Positions 1 to 9,919 of a stretch of DNA of 64,000 nucleotides are shown here, piece after piece. Source of the stretch: Demequina sp. GTDB lineage: Bacteria > Actinomycetota > Actinomycetes > Actinomycetales > Demequinaceae. The position numbers and the translations under genes were made by a program. The notes under the pieces are model-generated. The model saw only the letters and a list, made by a program, of their open reading frames with translations. It searched no databases and was not told the DNA's origin. Location: contig NZ_JADQBF010000028.1 of the NCBI RefSeq assembly GCF_016278775.1, positions 13,579 to 77,578 on the forward strand, in the 5' to 3' direction. The first letter of the stretch is position 1. Every line of letters begins with the position of its first letter.

Positions 1-419
1 CCGCCCACAATGACAGCCCCAGCCGCGTACGCGAGGCCAGCGGTTCCGCGCTCGAAGGCCCGGCCGCGGGCAAGGCGCACCATGAACGCGGCCGCGATCA
101 CCATGGCTGCGGTGATGACGAGGAACTGGGCGATGGGCTGGGCCCACAGGGCGAAGAGGGTGGCGGGCGCGGGGTCGGCGACGACGACGGTGGCGGTCTC
201 GACGTCCACTGTCACCGGGGCGCCGTCGGGGCCAAGAGGCAGCGAAGCCTGCTCGTCCGCGAGCGGCACGAGCACGGGGATGTCGTGGCCGGGGGCGACC
301 TCCATGAGTCGAATCACGGTGGCCGCGCCACCGGCGGCGATGGCCGCGATCGCGATTGCTGCAGAGAAGTAGAGGCTGATGCGTTCGCTGCGCTTGAGCG
401 GAGCAGATGGGCTGTTCAC
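1..419 (-). CDS. DUF2975-like membrane protein, 3' end beyond window edge
   Basis: Manually translated minus-strand frame from GTG at 419 (MNSPSAPLKRSERISLYFSAAIAIAAIAAGG...WAQPIAQFLVITAAMVIAAAFMVRLARGRAFER) with hydrophobic helices; AGGAG RBS at 426-430. Not in the ORF track because it is truncated. Confidence 0.6.
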   Translation of the reverse strand, partial: MNSPSAPLKRSERISLYFSAAIAIAAIAAGGAATVIRLMEVAPGHDIPVLVPLADEQASLPLGPDGAPVTVDVETATVVVADPAPATLFALWAQPIAQFLVITAAMVIAAAFMVRLARGRAFERGTAGLAYAAGAVIVG

Positions 420-430
420 GGTGAACTCCT

Positions 431-461
431 TATCGTTTGTCGTTGTTATTGATAAACGATA
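431..461. promoter_or_regulatory. Two tandem pseudo-palindromic boxes TATCG-N5-CGATA (putative operator)
   Basis: TATCGTTTGTCGTTG (431-445) and TATTGATAAACGATA (447-461) in an AT-rich patch just upstream of the minus-strand gene. Confidence 0.5.
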
Positions 462-619
462 CATACGGTCGGCGTCCCCGTCAACCGGCGTCGGCCGCTG
501 ATCTCGCTGCGGTAACAACTCTCACGCCCAACGCGAACATGGGCATCGCGCACCGAGGCACGTGGTTAGCCTGATGACACGCCCCGAGGACTACTCCCTC
601 GTGGCCGAGGAGGTTGAAG

Positions 620-3187
620 ATGTTCGAACGGTTCACTGACAGGGCCCGTCGTGTGGTGGTGCTCGCCCAAGAAGAGGCGCGCATGCTCAACCACAACTAC
701 ATCGGCACCGAGCACATCCTGCTCGGCCTGGTGCGCGAAGGCGAAGGCGTTGCAGCGAAGGCGCTCGAAGCGATGGACATCTCCCTCAACGGCGTCCGCG
801 AGCAGGTGCAAGAGATCATCGGCGAGGGCTCGCACGCCCCCTCCGGTCACATCCCCTTCACGCCGCGCGCCAAGAAGGTTCTCGAGTTGTCACTGCGCGA
901 GGCGCTGCAACTCGGCCACAACTACATCGGCACGGAGCACATCCTGCTCGGCCTCATTCGCGAGGGCGAAGGGGTCGCGGCACAGGTGCTCGGCAAGCTT
1001 GGCGCGGAGCTGAGCTCCGTGCGCCAGCAGGTCATCCAATTGCTGTCCGGCTACGAGGGCAAAGAGACCGCCGGTGCGGGTGCCGCCGTTGGTGGACCCC
1101 AAGAGGGCACACCCGCAGGTTCCACCGTGCTCGACCAGTTCGGCCGGAACTACACGCAAGCCGCGCGCGAAGGAAAGCTCGACCCTGTCATCGGCCGCGA
1201 GCTCATCATGGAACGCGTCATGCAGGTACTCAGCCGACGCACCAAGAACAACCCGGTGCTGATCGGCGAGCCGGGCGTCGGCAAGACCGCCGTCGTCGAA
1301 GGACTGGCCCAGGCGATCGTGCGCGGAGACGTGCCAGAGACGCTCAAGGACAAGCACCTCTACACCTTGGACTTGGGTTCGCTGGTGGCCGGTTCTCGCT
1401 ACCGCGGTGACTTCGAGGAGCGCCTCAAGAAGGTGCTCAAGGAGATCCGCACGCGCGGCGACATCATCCTGTTCATCGACGAGATCCACACCCTGGTGGG
1501 TGCTGGCGCCGCCGAGGGCGCGATCGACGCCGCCTCCATCCTGAAGCCGATGCTTGCGCGTGGGGAGCTCCAGACCATCGGCGCGACCACTCTTGACGAG
1601 TACCGCAAGCACATCGAGAAGGACGCCGCGCTCGAGCGCCGCTTCCAGCCCATCCAGGTGCCGGAGCCGGAACTCAGCCACGCCATCGAGATCCTCAAGG
1701 GCCTGCGCGACCGCTACGAAGCGTTCCACCGCGTCACCATCACGGACGACGCCATCGTGGCCGCCGCGCAGATGGCAGACCGCTACATCTCCGACCGATT
1801 CCTGCCGGACAAGGCGATCGACCTCATCGACGAGGCGGGCGCGCGCCTGCGCATCCGTCGCATGACCAGCCCCCCAGAACTGCGCGACCTCGACGAGAAG
1901 ATCGCCAACGTGCGCCGCGACAAGGAATCGGCAATCGACGAGCAGGACTTTGAGAAGGCGGCGTCGTTGCGCGACGTCGAGCGCAAGCTCACCGAGGAAC
2001 GCTCCGAGAAGGAGCAGGCCTGGAAGTCTGGCGACCTTGACATCGCCGCCGTGGTGGACGAGGACTTGATCGCCGAGGTGCTCGCGATGTCCACCGGCGT
2101 GCCGGTGGCTCGCGTCAGCTCCGACGAGTCGTCTCGGCTGCTTGCCATGGAAGGCGAGCTGCACAAGCGGATCGTCGGCCAAGAAGCGGCCATCAAGGTG
2201 CTGTCGCAGGCGATCCGCCGCACGCGCGCCGGGCTCAAGGACCCCAAGCGTCCGGGTGGTTCGTTCATCTTTGCCGGCCCCACCGGCGTCGGAAAGACGG
2301 AGTTGGCCAAGGCGCTCGCCGAGTTCCTGTTCGGTGACGAGGACGCGCTCATCAGCCTCGACATGTCCGAGTACGGCGAGAAGCACACGGTGGCGCGTCT
2401 GTTCGGTGCCCCTCCCGGCTACGTCGGCTTCGAAGAGGGCGGACAGCTCACCGAGAAGGTGCGTCGCAAGCCGTTCTCCGTTGTCCTGTTCGACGAGGTC
2501 GAGAAGGCCCACCCCGACATCTTCAACTCGCTGCTCCAGATCCTGGAGGACGGCAAGCTGACAGACGCTCAGGGCCGCGAGGTGAACTTCAAGAACACCA
2601 TCGTCATCATGACCACCAACCTGGGTGCCGACGCGATCTCCAAGCGTCAGGCGACCGGCTTCGCGATGGCTCAAGAGGGCGGCCAGACGTACGACGAGAT
2701 GGTCAAGTTGGTGAACTCCAAGCTGAAGGAGCACTTCAAGCCAGAGTTCCTCAACCGCGTGGACAACGTGGTGGTGTTCCCGCAGCTCACTCAAGACGAG
2801 ATCATCCAGATCGTGGACCTCATGGTTGCCCGCTTGGACGAGCGCATGAAGGACAAGGACATGGGCATCGAGCTCACGGACAAGGCAAAGAGGTTGCTGG
2901 CCGAACGCGGTTACGACCCAGTCCTGGGTGCGCGACCCTTGCGTCGAGCGCTCCAGCGCGAGATCGAGGACCCGTTGTCCGAGAAGATCCTGTTCGGCGA
3001 GATCACGTCCGGCCAGATCATCCGCGTCGACGCGCACGGCGACGGCGTCTTGGGCGAGTTCACGTTCGAGGGCATCGACAGGGACGCCGTGGTGGGCGAG
3101 CCCATCACCACCGACCCGGTGCCAGCGACCGCCGAGAAGTCCAACGGCTCAGCCAAGAACGACGAGGGCGACTCGAAGGAGTCCTAA
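620..3187 (+). CDS. clpC: ATP-dependent Clp protease ATP-binding subunit ClpC
   Basis: [22 protein letters not shown]-terminus, two Walker A motifs ([16 protein letters not shown]), UVR coiled coil; GAGGAGG RBS before ATG 620. Confidence 0.98.
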   Translation: MFERFTDRARRVVVLAQEEARMLNHNYIGTEHILLGLVREGEGVAAKALEAMDISLNGVREQVQEIIGEGSHAPSGHIPFTPRAKKVLELSLREALQLGHNYIGTEHILLGLIREGEGVAAQVLGKLGAELSSVRQQVIQLLSGYEGKETAGAGAAVGGPQEGTPAGSTVLDQFGRNYTQAAREGKLDPVIGRELIMERVMQVLSRRTKNNPVLIGEPGVGKTAVVEGLAQAIVRGDVPETLKDKHLYTLDLGSLVAGSRYRGDFEERLKKVLKEIRTRGDIILFIDEIHTLVGAGAAEGAIDAASILKPMLARGELQTIGATTLDEYRKHIEKDAALERRFQPIQVPEPELSHAIEILKGLRDRYEAFHRVTITDDAIVAAAQMADRYISDRFLPDKAIDLIDEAGARLRIRRMTSPPELRDLDEKIANVRRDKESAIDEQDFEKAASLRDVERKLTEERSEKEQAWKSGDLDIAAVVDEDLIAEVLAMSTGVPVARVSSDESSRLLAMEGELHKRIVGQEAAIKVLSQAIRRTRAGLKDPKRPGGSFIFAGPTGVGKTELAKALAEFLFGDEDALISLDMSEYGEKHTVARLFGAPPGYVGFEEGGQLTEKVRRKPFSVVLFDEVEKAHPDIFNSLLQILEDGKLTDAQGREVNFKNTIVIMTTNLGADAISKRQATGFAMAQEGGQTYDEMVKLVNSKLKEHFKPEFLNRVDNVVVFPQLTQDEIIQIVDLMVARLDERMKDKDMGIELTDKAKRLLAERGYDPVLGARPLRRALQREIEDPLSEKILFGEITSGQIIRVDAHGDGVLGEFTFEGIDRDAVVGEPITTDPVPATAEKSNGSAKNDEGDSKES

Positions 3188-3200
3188 CCCTCCACCACGT

Positions 3201-3237
3201 CAAGGCCCCGTGCTCCCACAAGGGAGCCGGGGCCTTG
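3201..3237 (+). terminator. GC-rich hairpin after clpC (probably bidirectional terminator)
   Basis: CAAGGCCCCG-TGCTCCC-ACAA-GGGAGC-CGGGGCCTTG between convergent genes. Confidence 0.8.
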
Positions 3238-3261
3238 TCGTGTCACGCATTTCAGCCAGGG

Positions 3262-3636
3262 CTAGAACGGCGCCACCCAAATGCGACCGACGGCCACAGC
3301 CACAGCCAGTATGCCGAGCATCATCGCGGGAGCGAAAACTCGAGGTCCGTCGCCATCACGCACGTGACGGGACACCGCGCCGATCATCACGAGGACCAGC
3401 CCTAGGGCGGCCGCCGGAACCAACCACGTCGCAATCCCTGTCACGGCTGGAAGGATCAGCCCAAGCCCGCCAGCGACCTCGGCGGTGCCGATGGCGCGGA
3501 TGGCGGAGTCGGAGTAGTGCCTGGCCCAAGCCATTCCCTTCTCTTCCACCCTCCTGCCCTGGCTGATCTTCATCATGCCGGCCATCAGAAAGGCTGCGGC
3601 GGTCAAGCTCGCCACGATCCACAGTGCGATATTCAT
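3262..3636 (-). CDS. DoxX family membrane protein
   Basis: 124 aa; MNIALWIVASL..AFLMAGMMK..IGTAEVAGGLGLILP pattern typical of DoxX-like proteins. Confidence 0.85.
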   Translation of the reverse strand: MNIALWIVASLTAAAFLMAGMMKISQGRRVEEKGMAWARHYSDSAIRAIGTAEVAGGLGLILPAVTGIATWLVPAAALGLVLVMIGAVSRHVRDGDGPRVFAPAMMLGILAVAVAVGRIWVAPF

Positions 3637-3670
3637 GTCATCTCCTTGAATGGTCCTGTGCCACCCCGAT

Positions 3671-3688
3671 GTGGTAACACGTCACCAC
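3671..3688. promoter_or_regulatory. Imperfect palindrome upstream of doxX, putative operator
   Basis: GTGGTAAC-AC-GTCACCAC. Confidence 0.35.
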
Positions 3689-3783
3689 GGTTGTCTGGCC
3701 AACGCGACGCTGGGGCTGGCGCATTCCCTCGCAGTGTTTGGCGAGCAGTCAGGCGTGCCCGCGGCCAGCGCTAGTCTGGTTGG

Positions 3784-4881
3784 ATGCTTCAGCGGGTACG
3801 CGCCGCCATCGTCGGCGGCATGGCGTTTCTCCTTGGGCTAGGCGCGATGTTCGTGTGGGACACCTTTGGCCCCGAGGGCACCCTCTTCGGCTCGGGCGGT
3901 CAGGACGGGCCTGGCGAGTTGTTGCTCGCCATCGACGCGGACGGCAGCGCGCTCTACGCGGTCTACCCTCACACCGGCGACCCCTATCGGGCCGACCCGT
4001 ATCCGGAAGGCGAACGCCCTGGCATCGTGGTCGAGACCCAGCAGGGCACCCGCACCACGTTGCTCGAGGCCCAAGAGACTCCCGGTGTCGCGTGGACGGT
4101 GACGGGCGACCTCGACGGCACCGCCGCCGTAAAGCTTCGCGCCACCGGAGCCAGTGCCAGCGAGACCCACTACTTTGCAGGGTCCGTCGCGGGGCCCCTC
4201 GCCGAGGTGCCGTCGCCGACCGTTGACGGCGACCGCCTCGATACGGTGGACCATCAACTCCATGTAGCGGGCGACCGCCTGGTGGCCGCGACCGCTAGCG
4301 GCGACGCCCTGGCGCTGATCGACACCGCGTCGGGAGAGTCTCAGCTGGTCGCCACCGACATCGGTCGCGTCGCGTGGGTGCACCGTGACCTGTGCGCACC
4401 CCCTGATGCACGCGCCTTCACGATCGGCGCCTTGGATGAGGGAGCAGGCACCCAGTGGGTGGTCTCTCTGCCAGCGGGCGAGGCGCCGACGATGACGCAA
4501 GTGAGCTACCCGGCTTCGATGGGACTGGGCGCCCCCACCACGTCTTGCGGAGCCTCCTACGCGGCCGTCGTGAGCAGCTCGGCGGATGCGGGGCGCGAGG
4601 CCACCTTGTTCCAAGGCGGTGAGGTATGGGCAATCGGCGAGCCGGGCCAGGCCCTGGTTGGCGAGGTACTGCTTGGCCCCGACTACGTGTTGGTGGGCTC
4701 CTGGGAAGGCGAGCAGACCGCTGGCGGCACCTCGCTGGTGCGACGCAGCGACCGGTCATGGGTATGGATCGAGGACGCCCACTGCGGGCCGTGGCGGATG
4801 CGCGGCGAGTGGATCGCATATGTGAAAGACACGGGTGGTAGTTGCGAGGCCGTGGTCAAGCGCGCATCGGACGTGGGCTAG
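3784..4881 (+). CDS. Hypothetical exported or membrane-anchored protein
   Basis: 365 aa ORF with GC3-rich codons and one N-terminal hydrophobic segment (AAIVGGMAFLLGLGAMFVW); no family recognised. Confidence 0.65.
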   Translation: MLQRVRAAIVGGMAFLLGLGAMFVWDTFGPEGTLFGSGGQDGPGELLLAIDADGSALYAVYPHTGDPYRADPYPEGERPGIVVETQQGTRTTLLEAQETPGVAWTVTGDLDGTAAVKLRATGASASETHYFAGSVAGPLAEVPSPTVDGDRLDTVDHQLHVAGDRLVAATASGDALALIDTASGESQLVATDIGRVAWVHRDLCAPPDARAFTIGALDEGAGTQWVVSLPAGEAPTMTQVSYPASMGLGAPTTSCGASYAAVVSSSADAGREATLFQGGEVWAIGEPGQALVGEVLLGPDYVLVGSWEGEQTAGGTSLVRRSDRSWVWIEDAHCGPWRMRGEWIAYVKDTGGSCEAVVKRASDVG

Positions 4882-4902
4882 GCACCTCGCTAGGCTGAAA
4901 GC

Positions 4903-5919
4903 ATGACCCTTCACACGCCGCACACCGCCGCTGAAGACCGCTACGACTCCATGACCTATCGCCGATGCGGTCGTTCCGGCATCCGCCTCCCCGCGGTCAG
5001 TCTGGGGCTGTGGCAGAACTTTGGCGATGCGACAGGGCTAGAACGCCAGCGCGACATCATCCTGGCCGCCTTCGACATGGGGATCACCCACTACGACCTC
5101 GCCAACAACTACGGTCCGCCACCCGGAAGTGCGGAGCGCAATTTCGGTGGCATCTTCAAGCGCGACCTGGCGCCGTATCGCGACGAGATCCTCATCTCCA
5201 CCAAGGCCGGCTACGGCATGTGGCCGGGACCATACGGCGACTTCGGTTCCCGCAAGTACCTGCTCAGTTCACTCGATCAGTCGCTCAAGCGCATGGGGCT
5301 CGAGTACGTGGACATCTTCTACCACCACCGTCCCGACCCCGACACGCCCATCGAGGAGTCGATGATGGCCCTCGACCAGGCGGTCCGCTCTGGCAAGGCG
5401 CTGTACGCGGGCATCTCGAACTACGGACCGGACGACGCCGAGGTGGCCATCCGCATCCTGCGTCACCTGGGCACGCCGCTACTGATCCACCAGCCCCGCT
5501 ACTCGATGTTTGATCGCCGCCCGGAAGAGGGGCTTCTCGACGTGCTCGGGCGAGAGGGCGTCGGCTCCATCGTGTTTTCGCCGCTCGCGCAGGGCATGCT
5601 GACCGACCGCTACCTCACGGGCGTCCCCGAAGGGTCGCGGGTCACCCACAGCCAGTTCCTGTCGCAGAAGAACCTGACGGACACCTACCTGGACAGGGCG
5701 CGTGCACTCAACGACATCGCGGTGGGGCGCAGGCAGACGCTCGCGCAGATGGCTTTGCAATGGGTGCTGCGTGACGACCGTGTCACGAGCGCGCTCATCG
5801 GTGCGTCGAGCGTCGAGCAACTCCGGGACAACGTTGCCGCGCTGAGCTTCGATCCATTGTCAGAGGACGAGATCGCGGCTGTGGAGCCGTACGCGGTGCA
5901 CGGTACCGAGTGGCTCTAG
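4903..5919 (+). CDS. mgrA: Aldo/keto reductase, L-glyceraldehyde 3-phosphate reductase (MgrA/YghZ type)
   Basis: RYDSMTYRRCGRSGIRLPAVSLGLWQNFG, DLANNYGPPPGSAE, DIFYHHRPD motifs. Confidence 0.9.
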   Translation: MTLHTPHTAAEDRYDSMTYRRCGRSGIRLPAVSLGLWQNFGDATGLERQRDIILAAFDMGITHYDLANNYGPPPGSAERNFGGIFKRDLAPYRDEILISTKAGYGMWPGPYGDFGSRKYLLSSLDQSLKRMGLEYVDIFYHHRPDPDTPIEESMMALDQAVRSGKALYAGISNYGPDDAEVAIRILRHLGTPLLIHQPRYSMFDRRPEEGLLDVLGREGVGSIVFSPLAQGMLTDRYLTGVPEGSRVTHSQFLSQKNLTDTYLDRARALNDIAVGRRQTLAQMALQWVLRDDRVTSALIGASSVEQLRDNVAALSFDPLSEDEIAAVEPYAVHGTEWL

Positions 5920-5929
5920 CCGCTCCCCA

Positions 5930-6811
5930 TCAATTCACAGTGAGGCTGTCGATCATCTCGTCAATACCGGCGCATCGATCGGACTCCACGTACTCCATGC
6001 ACTCGACAAAGACGTTGGACCTACCCTCGCCTACCAGGTAGATGTCCGTGCGCACCATGAACGAGGTTTCCACTGGCGTGGCAGTGAACATGGTGACCTC
6101 CTCGCCTTGCGAGTTGACGTAGGACGTGGCCTCCGACCACTCCACGTCGCCTGACGTCTGCTCGAATCCACGCCGAGTGTTCTGGGCGTAGAGCTCTGGC
6201 GACACGTCGAAATCTAGTTGTGAGTGGAGCACGATCACCGCCTCTGACCCCTCCCCTGCGGGGCTGCGGGGGAACCACGCCCCCACAAGGGTCACCGTCT
6301 CTCCCACGGTCACCACGGGCTCGTCGCCCATGCCCTCGGCCATCTCAGCGGACTTGTCCGTCCAGCCCTGCGGCACCACAAAGGAGACGCCCACGTCAGG
6401 GTGATCGAATTGCACGTATCCGTCAGGAACCTCACGGTCTGCCAGCGGTTCCGTAGGGGCGTCGGAGACCGCTGGCTCGTCCGCTGGCTCGTCCGTGGGA
6501 GTCGCTATTGGCGATATGACGGCCAGGTCGACCTCGCCCGGCTCGTCCGAAGGCCCGCTGAGGGAATAGATGATGCCTCCGGCGATGAGGCCAAGCAACA
6601 CCACGCCTGCCGCCACGATCCCCACGATCGCGCCGGTGCCTGGCGCGCGCCGGGGCTCGGAAACCTGCGCAAAAGGGGCTGCCGCGTAGGCCTGAGGCGT
6701 CGGAGCCGGTGCTGGCTTCACGTGGGTGTGCTCGGTCCATCGTTGGCCGTCCCAGTACCGCAGATTCCCCTGCTGCGATGGGTCGTCGTACCACCCGGGT
6801 GCCGCTGACAT
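5930..6811 (-). CDS. DUF2510 domain membrane protein
   Basis: N-terminal PGWYDDPSQQGNLRYWDGQRWT motif, one TM helix, acidic extracellular domain. Confidence 0.8.
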   Translation of the reverse strand: MSAAPGWYDDPSQQGNLRYWDGQRWTEHTHVKPAPAPTPQAYAAAPFAQVSEPRRAPGTGAIVGIVAAGVVLLGLIAGGIIYSLSGPSDEPGEVDLAVISPIATPTDEPADEPAVSDAPTEPLADREVPDGYVQFDHPDVGVSFVVPQGWTDKSAEMAEGMGDEPVVTVGETVTLVGAWFPRSPAGEGSEAVIVLHSQLDFDVSPELYAQNTRRGFEQTSGDVEWSEATSYVNSQGEEVTMFTATPVETSFMVRTDIYLVGEGRSNVFVECMEYVESDRCAGIDEMIDSLTVN

Positions 6812-6865
6812 GTCCCCTCCTCAGCACCGCCCTCGGTGGCCGCGCCCCCTCAAGATACCGCTCGC

Positions 6866-7771
6866 TCACGCGAGGGCGAAACGGCCACGCTCGGCGTCCA
6901 CCAACGCAACGAGCCCATCGACCACGAGCCCGTGGAGGCAACGGTCAATCTGGCCCGGCTCCACGTCGGCGAGCATCGCACTCCCGGCCACTGTCAAGGG
7001 GTCGGGCGACGCGCGCAGCAGCGCCAGGATCCGCCCGCGCACCTGCCGGTCAGTGCCGTGCCACGCCTGCGTGCGGCGCGGCGCATCGGCGAGGCCGGGC
7101 GATCCTGCCGCGACCCACTCGCACGTCGCGACCAGAGGGCAGTCTTGGCAGCGCGGCGCGCGCGCAGTACACACCAGCGCGCCCAGTTCCATGGACGCGG
7201 CCGCCCACCGCACCGCATCTGCAACCTCGGCGGGAACTACCTTCGCGGCAAGCTCGCGTTCATCCCGAGAGACGCTGGGGCCTGGCAGCGGCACCCCACG
7301 CCACGCCCGTCCGATGACCCGTCGCACGTTCGTGTCGAGCACCACCGCCCTGTGTCCGAACGCGAAGGTGAGCACGGCCGACGCCGTGTAGTCGCCCACG
7401 CCTGGAAGGGCGAGCAGGGCGTCGGCGTCGGCGGGGACCGCGCCGTCGTGCCGCTCCACGAGTGCCTGCGCGCATTCCCACAGGCGCTTGGCCCGGCGGG
7501 GATAGCCGAGGCGCTCCCACGCCCGCACCGCGTCGGCCTGAGTGGCCGATGCCAAGTCTGCTGGGGTGGGCCAGCGTTCCATCCACCGCTCCCAGGCGGG
7601 AAGGACTCGGACCACGGGGGTCTGCTGCAGCATCACCTCGCTCACAAGCACGCCCCACGCGCTGCACTCCGGCCGCCGCCACGGCAAGTCCCGCGCGTGC
7701 GAGTCGTACCACGTCGCGACGGCGCGAACCCTGGTCGCGTCGAGGCGTTCGGAGTGTGGCGGATACGGCAT
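6866..7771 (-). CDS. mutY: A/G-specific adenine glycosylase
   Basis: WYDSHARDLPWR, VLVSEVMLQQT, HhH LPGVGDYTA, VLDTNVRRV, Fe-S CTARAPRCQDCPL motif. Start at 7771 or 7780. Confidence 0.93.
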   Translation of the reverse strand: MPYPPHSERLDATRVRAVATWYDSHARDLPWRRPECSAWGVLVSEVMLQQTPVVRVLPAWERWMERWPTPADLASATQADAVRAWERLGYPRRAKRLWECAQALVERHDGAVPADADALLALPGVGDYTASAVLTFAFGHRAVVLDTNVRRVIGRAWRGVPLPGPSVSRDERELAAKVVPAEVADAVRWAAASMELGALVCTARAPRCQDCPLVATCEWVAAGSPGLADAPRRTQAWHGTDRQVRGRILALLRASPDPLTVAGSAMLADVEPGQIDRCLHGLVVDGLVALVDAERGRFALA

Positions 7772-7828
7772 GGCCTTCATTGTTCCAGCGCTCACCCCGG
7801 CTACGGTGAGTGCATCGGAAGGAGGCCC

Positions 7829-8452
7829 ATGATGGATGGTCTTCGCGAGCCGGTGGGCGCTCAGCCCCCCGAGGTGTATTGGCGTCGCCGCATCGTCGCG
7901 ATCGTGGGAGCCGTGCTGCTCCTCGTGGTCCTGTACTTCTTGGTGTCCTCGCCTGGGGGTGACGACCCGGGTGGGCCGGCCGACGCCAGCGCCAATCCCG
8001 ACGACGCTACGGCCGGGCCTACCGACGACGCGACCGCAGGCGCCACCGACGTGTCCCGCGCGTGTACCGCCACCGATGTGACGCTCACGGCAACCCCCAA
8101 TCCTCGTGAGTTTGGCGCGGGCGCACTTCCCGTCTTTGACGTCTCGATCACCCACACCGGCACGGCGCCCTGCCTACTCGACACCTCCGCCGCCGACACT
8201 GAACTGCTCATCACGTCGGGAAGCGACCGCATCTATTCTTCGCTCGACTGTCCGGACGATCCGACGATCAACGCACGCGAGTTCTTGTTGCAGCCGGGCG
8301 CCAAGGAGACGTTCACGGTCACCTGGTCTCGCCAGCGGTCGGCTCCAGAGTGCACTCCCGTTTCGGCCTCCCCTGGCAATGGCACCTATCACGCATTGCT
8401 CAAGATCCAAGGCATTGAGGCGCCAGACACGAGGTTCGTGCTGACGGGCTAG
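7829..8452 (+). CDS. Conserved actinobacterial membrane-anchored protein
   Basis: GGAGG RBS, MMDGLREPVGAQPPEVYWRRR + TM helix + Cys-containing extracellular domain; the long upstream extension in the ORF track overlaps mutY and is spurious. Confidence 0.8.
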   Translation: MMDGLREPVGAQPPEVYWRRRIVAIVGAVLLLVVLYFLVSSPGGDDPGGPADASANPDDATAGPTDDATAGATDVSRACTATDVTLTATPNPREFGAGALPVFDVSITHTGTAPCLLDTSAADTELLITSGSDRIYSSLDCPDDPTINAREFLLQPGAKETFTVTWSRQRSAPECTPVSASPGNGTYHALLKIQGIEAPDTRFVLTG

Positions 8453-8458
8453 TTTCTG

Positions 8459-9838
8459 TTACTGGGCTGGCGTGACGCCGGCCCGCACAGCATCGGCGAG
8501 GGTCTCTACCGCGATGATGGTCATGCGCGCCGCGACGGCCTCCCTGGCGGACGCCTCCGCTCCCGCGGGGACAATCGCGTGAGTGAAGCCCAACCGGGCC
8601 GCCTCTGACAGTCGAGTGCCGATGGCGCTGACCGGCCTGACGGCGCCAGAAAGTGCCACCTCCCCCACCGCGAGGAAGCCCTTGCGCACGGGGCGGTCTG
8701 CACGCGCGGACGCGAGCGCCAAGGCGAGCGCGAGATCTGCGGCGGGCTCGGCCACCTTGGCGCCACCAACCGTCGAGACGTACACGTCGTCCGCGACCAA
8801 CGCCACTCCCACCCGCCGGTGCAGCACGGCGAGCATCATGGCCACCCTTGCGGCGTCCATGCCCGACGTCGCGCGGCGGGGGTTGGACAGCGCCGAGGGC
8901 GCCACGAGCGCCTGAATCTCTGCGGGAAGGGCCCGCCTGCCGTCAATGGTGATGGTCGCGCACGTCCCCGCGATCGGTTCACCCGTCTGCGAGAGGAACA
9001 GTCCGGAAGGGTCGGGGACCTCTTCGATGCCGGACTCGACCAGTTGGAAGCATCCCACCTCATCCACCGAGCCGAAGCGATTCTTGAGCGCACGCAGCAG
9101 CCGCAAGGGCGAGTGCGGGTCGCCTTCAAAGTGGCACACCACGTCCACCAGGTGTTCCACGAGCCGAGGCCCCGCCACTGAGCCGTCCTTGGTGACGTGC
9201 CCGACGAGCACCATGGGGGCTCCCGACGACTTGGTCGCCTGAATCAGGGCGGCGGACACCTCGCGCACTTGGGACACCCCTCCGGGGGAGCCTTCGATGG
9301 ACGCCGACGCGATGGTCTGGATGGAGTCGACGATCACGAGCCCAGGCGTTTCGGCAGCAAGGTGAGCGAGCACCACACCAAGGTCCGTCTCGGCGGCCAG
9401 CTTGAGTCGCGGCTCAAGGGCGCCCATGCGCTCGGCGCGCAGGCGGACCTGCCCTGCCGACTCCTCCCCCGAGATGTACAGCACGTCGGTTCCCTCACGG
9501 GCTGCCCGCGCCGCTACCTCGAGCAGCAGCGTCGACTTGCCGACGCCCGGCTCTCCGGCAAGCAGCACGGCCGCGCCAGCGACGAGGCCGCCGCCCAGCA
9601 CGCGATCAAATTCCGCCACCTTGGTGGGGTGACGCGCGGACTCACTGCGGGGAACGTCGGCGATGGGCCGTGCAGGTGTGGCGACGGCCGTGGCCTTGGT
9701 ACTGGGGCCTGCCTTGGCGCCCACCTCGACCACGGTGCCCCACTGCTGACACTCGCTGCAGCGACCTACCCACTTGACCGCAGTCCACCCGCACTCGGTA
9801 CACCGATACGCCGGAGCGGTCTTCTTGGGAGTCGCCAT
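8459..9838 (-). CDS. radA: DNA repair protein RadA/Sms
   Basis: Zn finger CTECG..WVGRCSECQQW, Walker A GEPGVGKST, KNRFG motif. Confidence 0.97.
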   Translation of the reverse strand: MATPKKTAPAYRCTECGWTAVKWVGRCSECQQWGTVVEVGAKAGPSTKATAVATPARPIADVPRSESARHPTKVAEFDRVLGGGLVAGAAVLLAGEPGVGKSTLLLEVAARAAREGTDVLYISGEESAGQVRLRAERMGALEPRLKLAAETDLGVVLAHLAAETPGLVIVDSIQTIASASIEGSPGGVSQVREVSAALIQATKSSGAPMVLVGHVTKDGSVAGPRLVEHLVDVVCHFEGDPHSPLRLLRALKNRFGSVDEVGCFQLVESGIEEVPDPSGLFLSQTGEPIAGTCATITIDGRRALPAEIQALVAPSALSNPRRATSGMDAARVAMMLAVLHRRVGVALVADDVYVSTVGGAKVAEPAADLALALALASARADRPVRKGFLAVGEVALSGAVRPVSAIGTRLSEAARLGFTHAIVPAGAEASAREAVAARMTIIAVETLADAVRAGVTPAQ

Positions 9839-9919
9839 GCCGCCACGCTACCCGCCGCATCTGACACGCGCGGGCCGCACGAACTGCGGTGCGCGGCACG
9901 CTGGGCATAACCTGAGTGC

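Noticed and set aside
890-3037. 715-aa antisense ORF over clpC (similar long antisense ORFs over GH94, glpD, glpK and the surface proteins)
   Set aside because: Shadow ORFs expected from GC3-biased codon use; no motifs, and the opposite strand is a clear gene.
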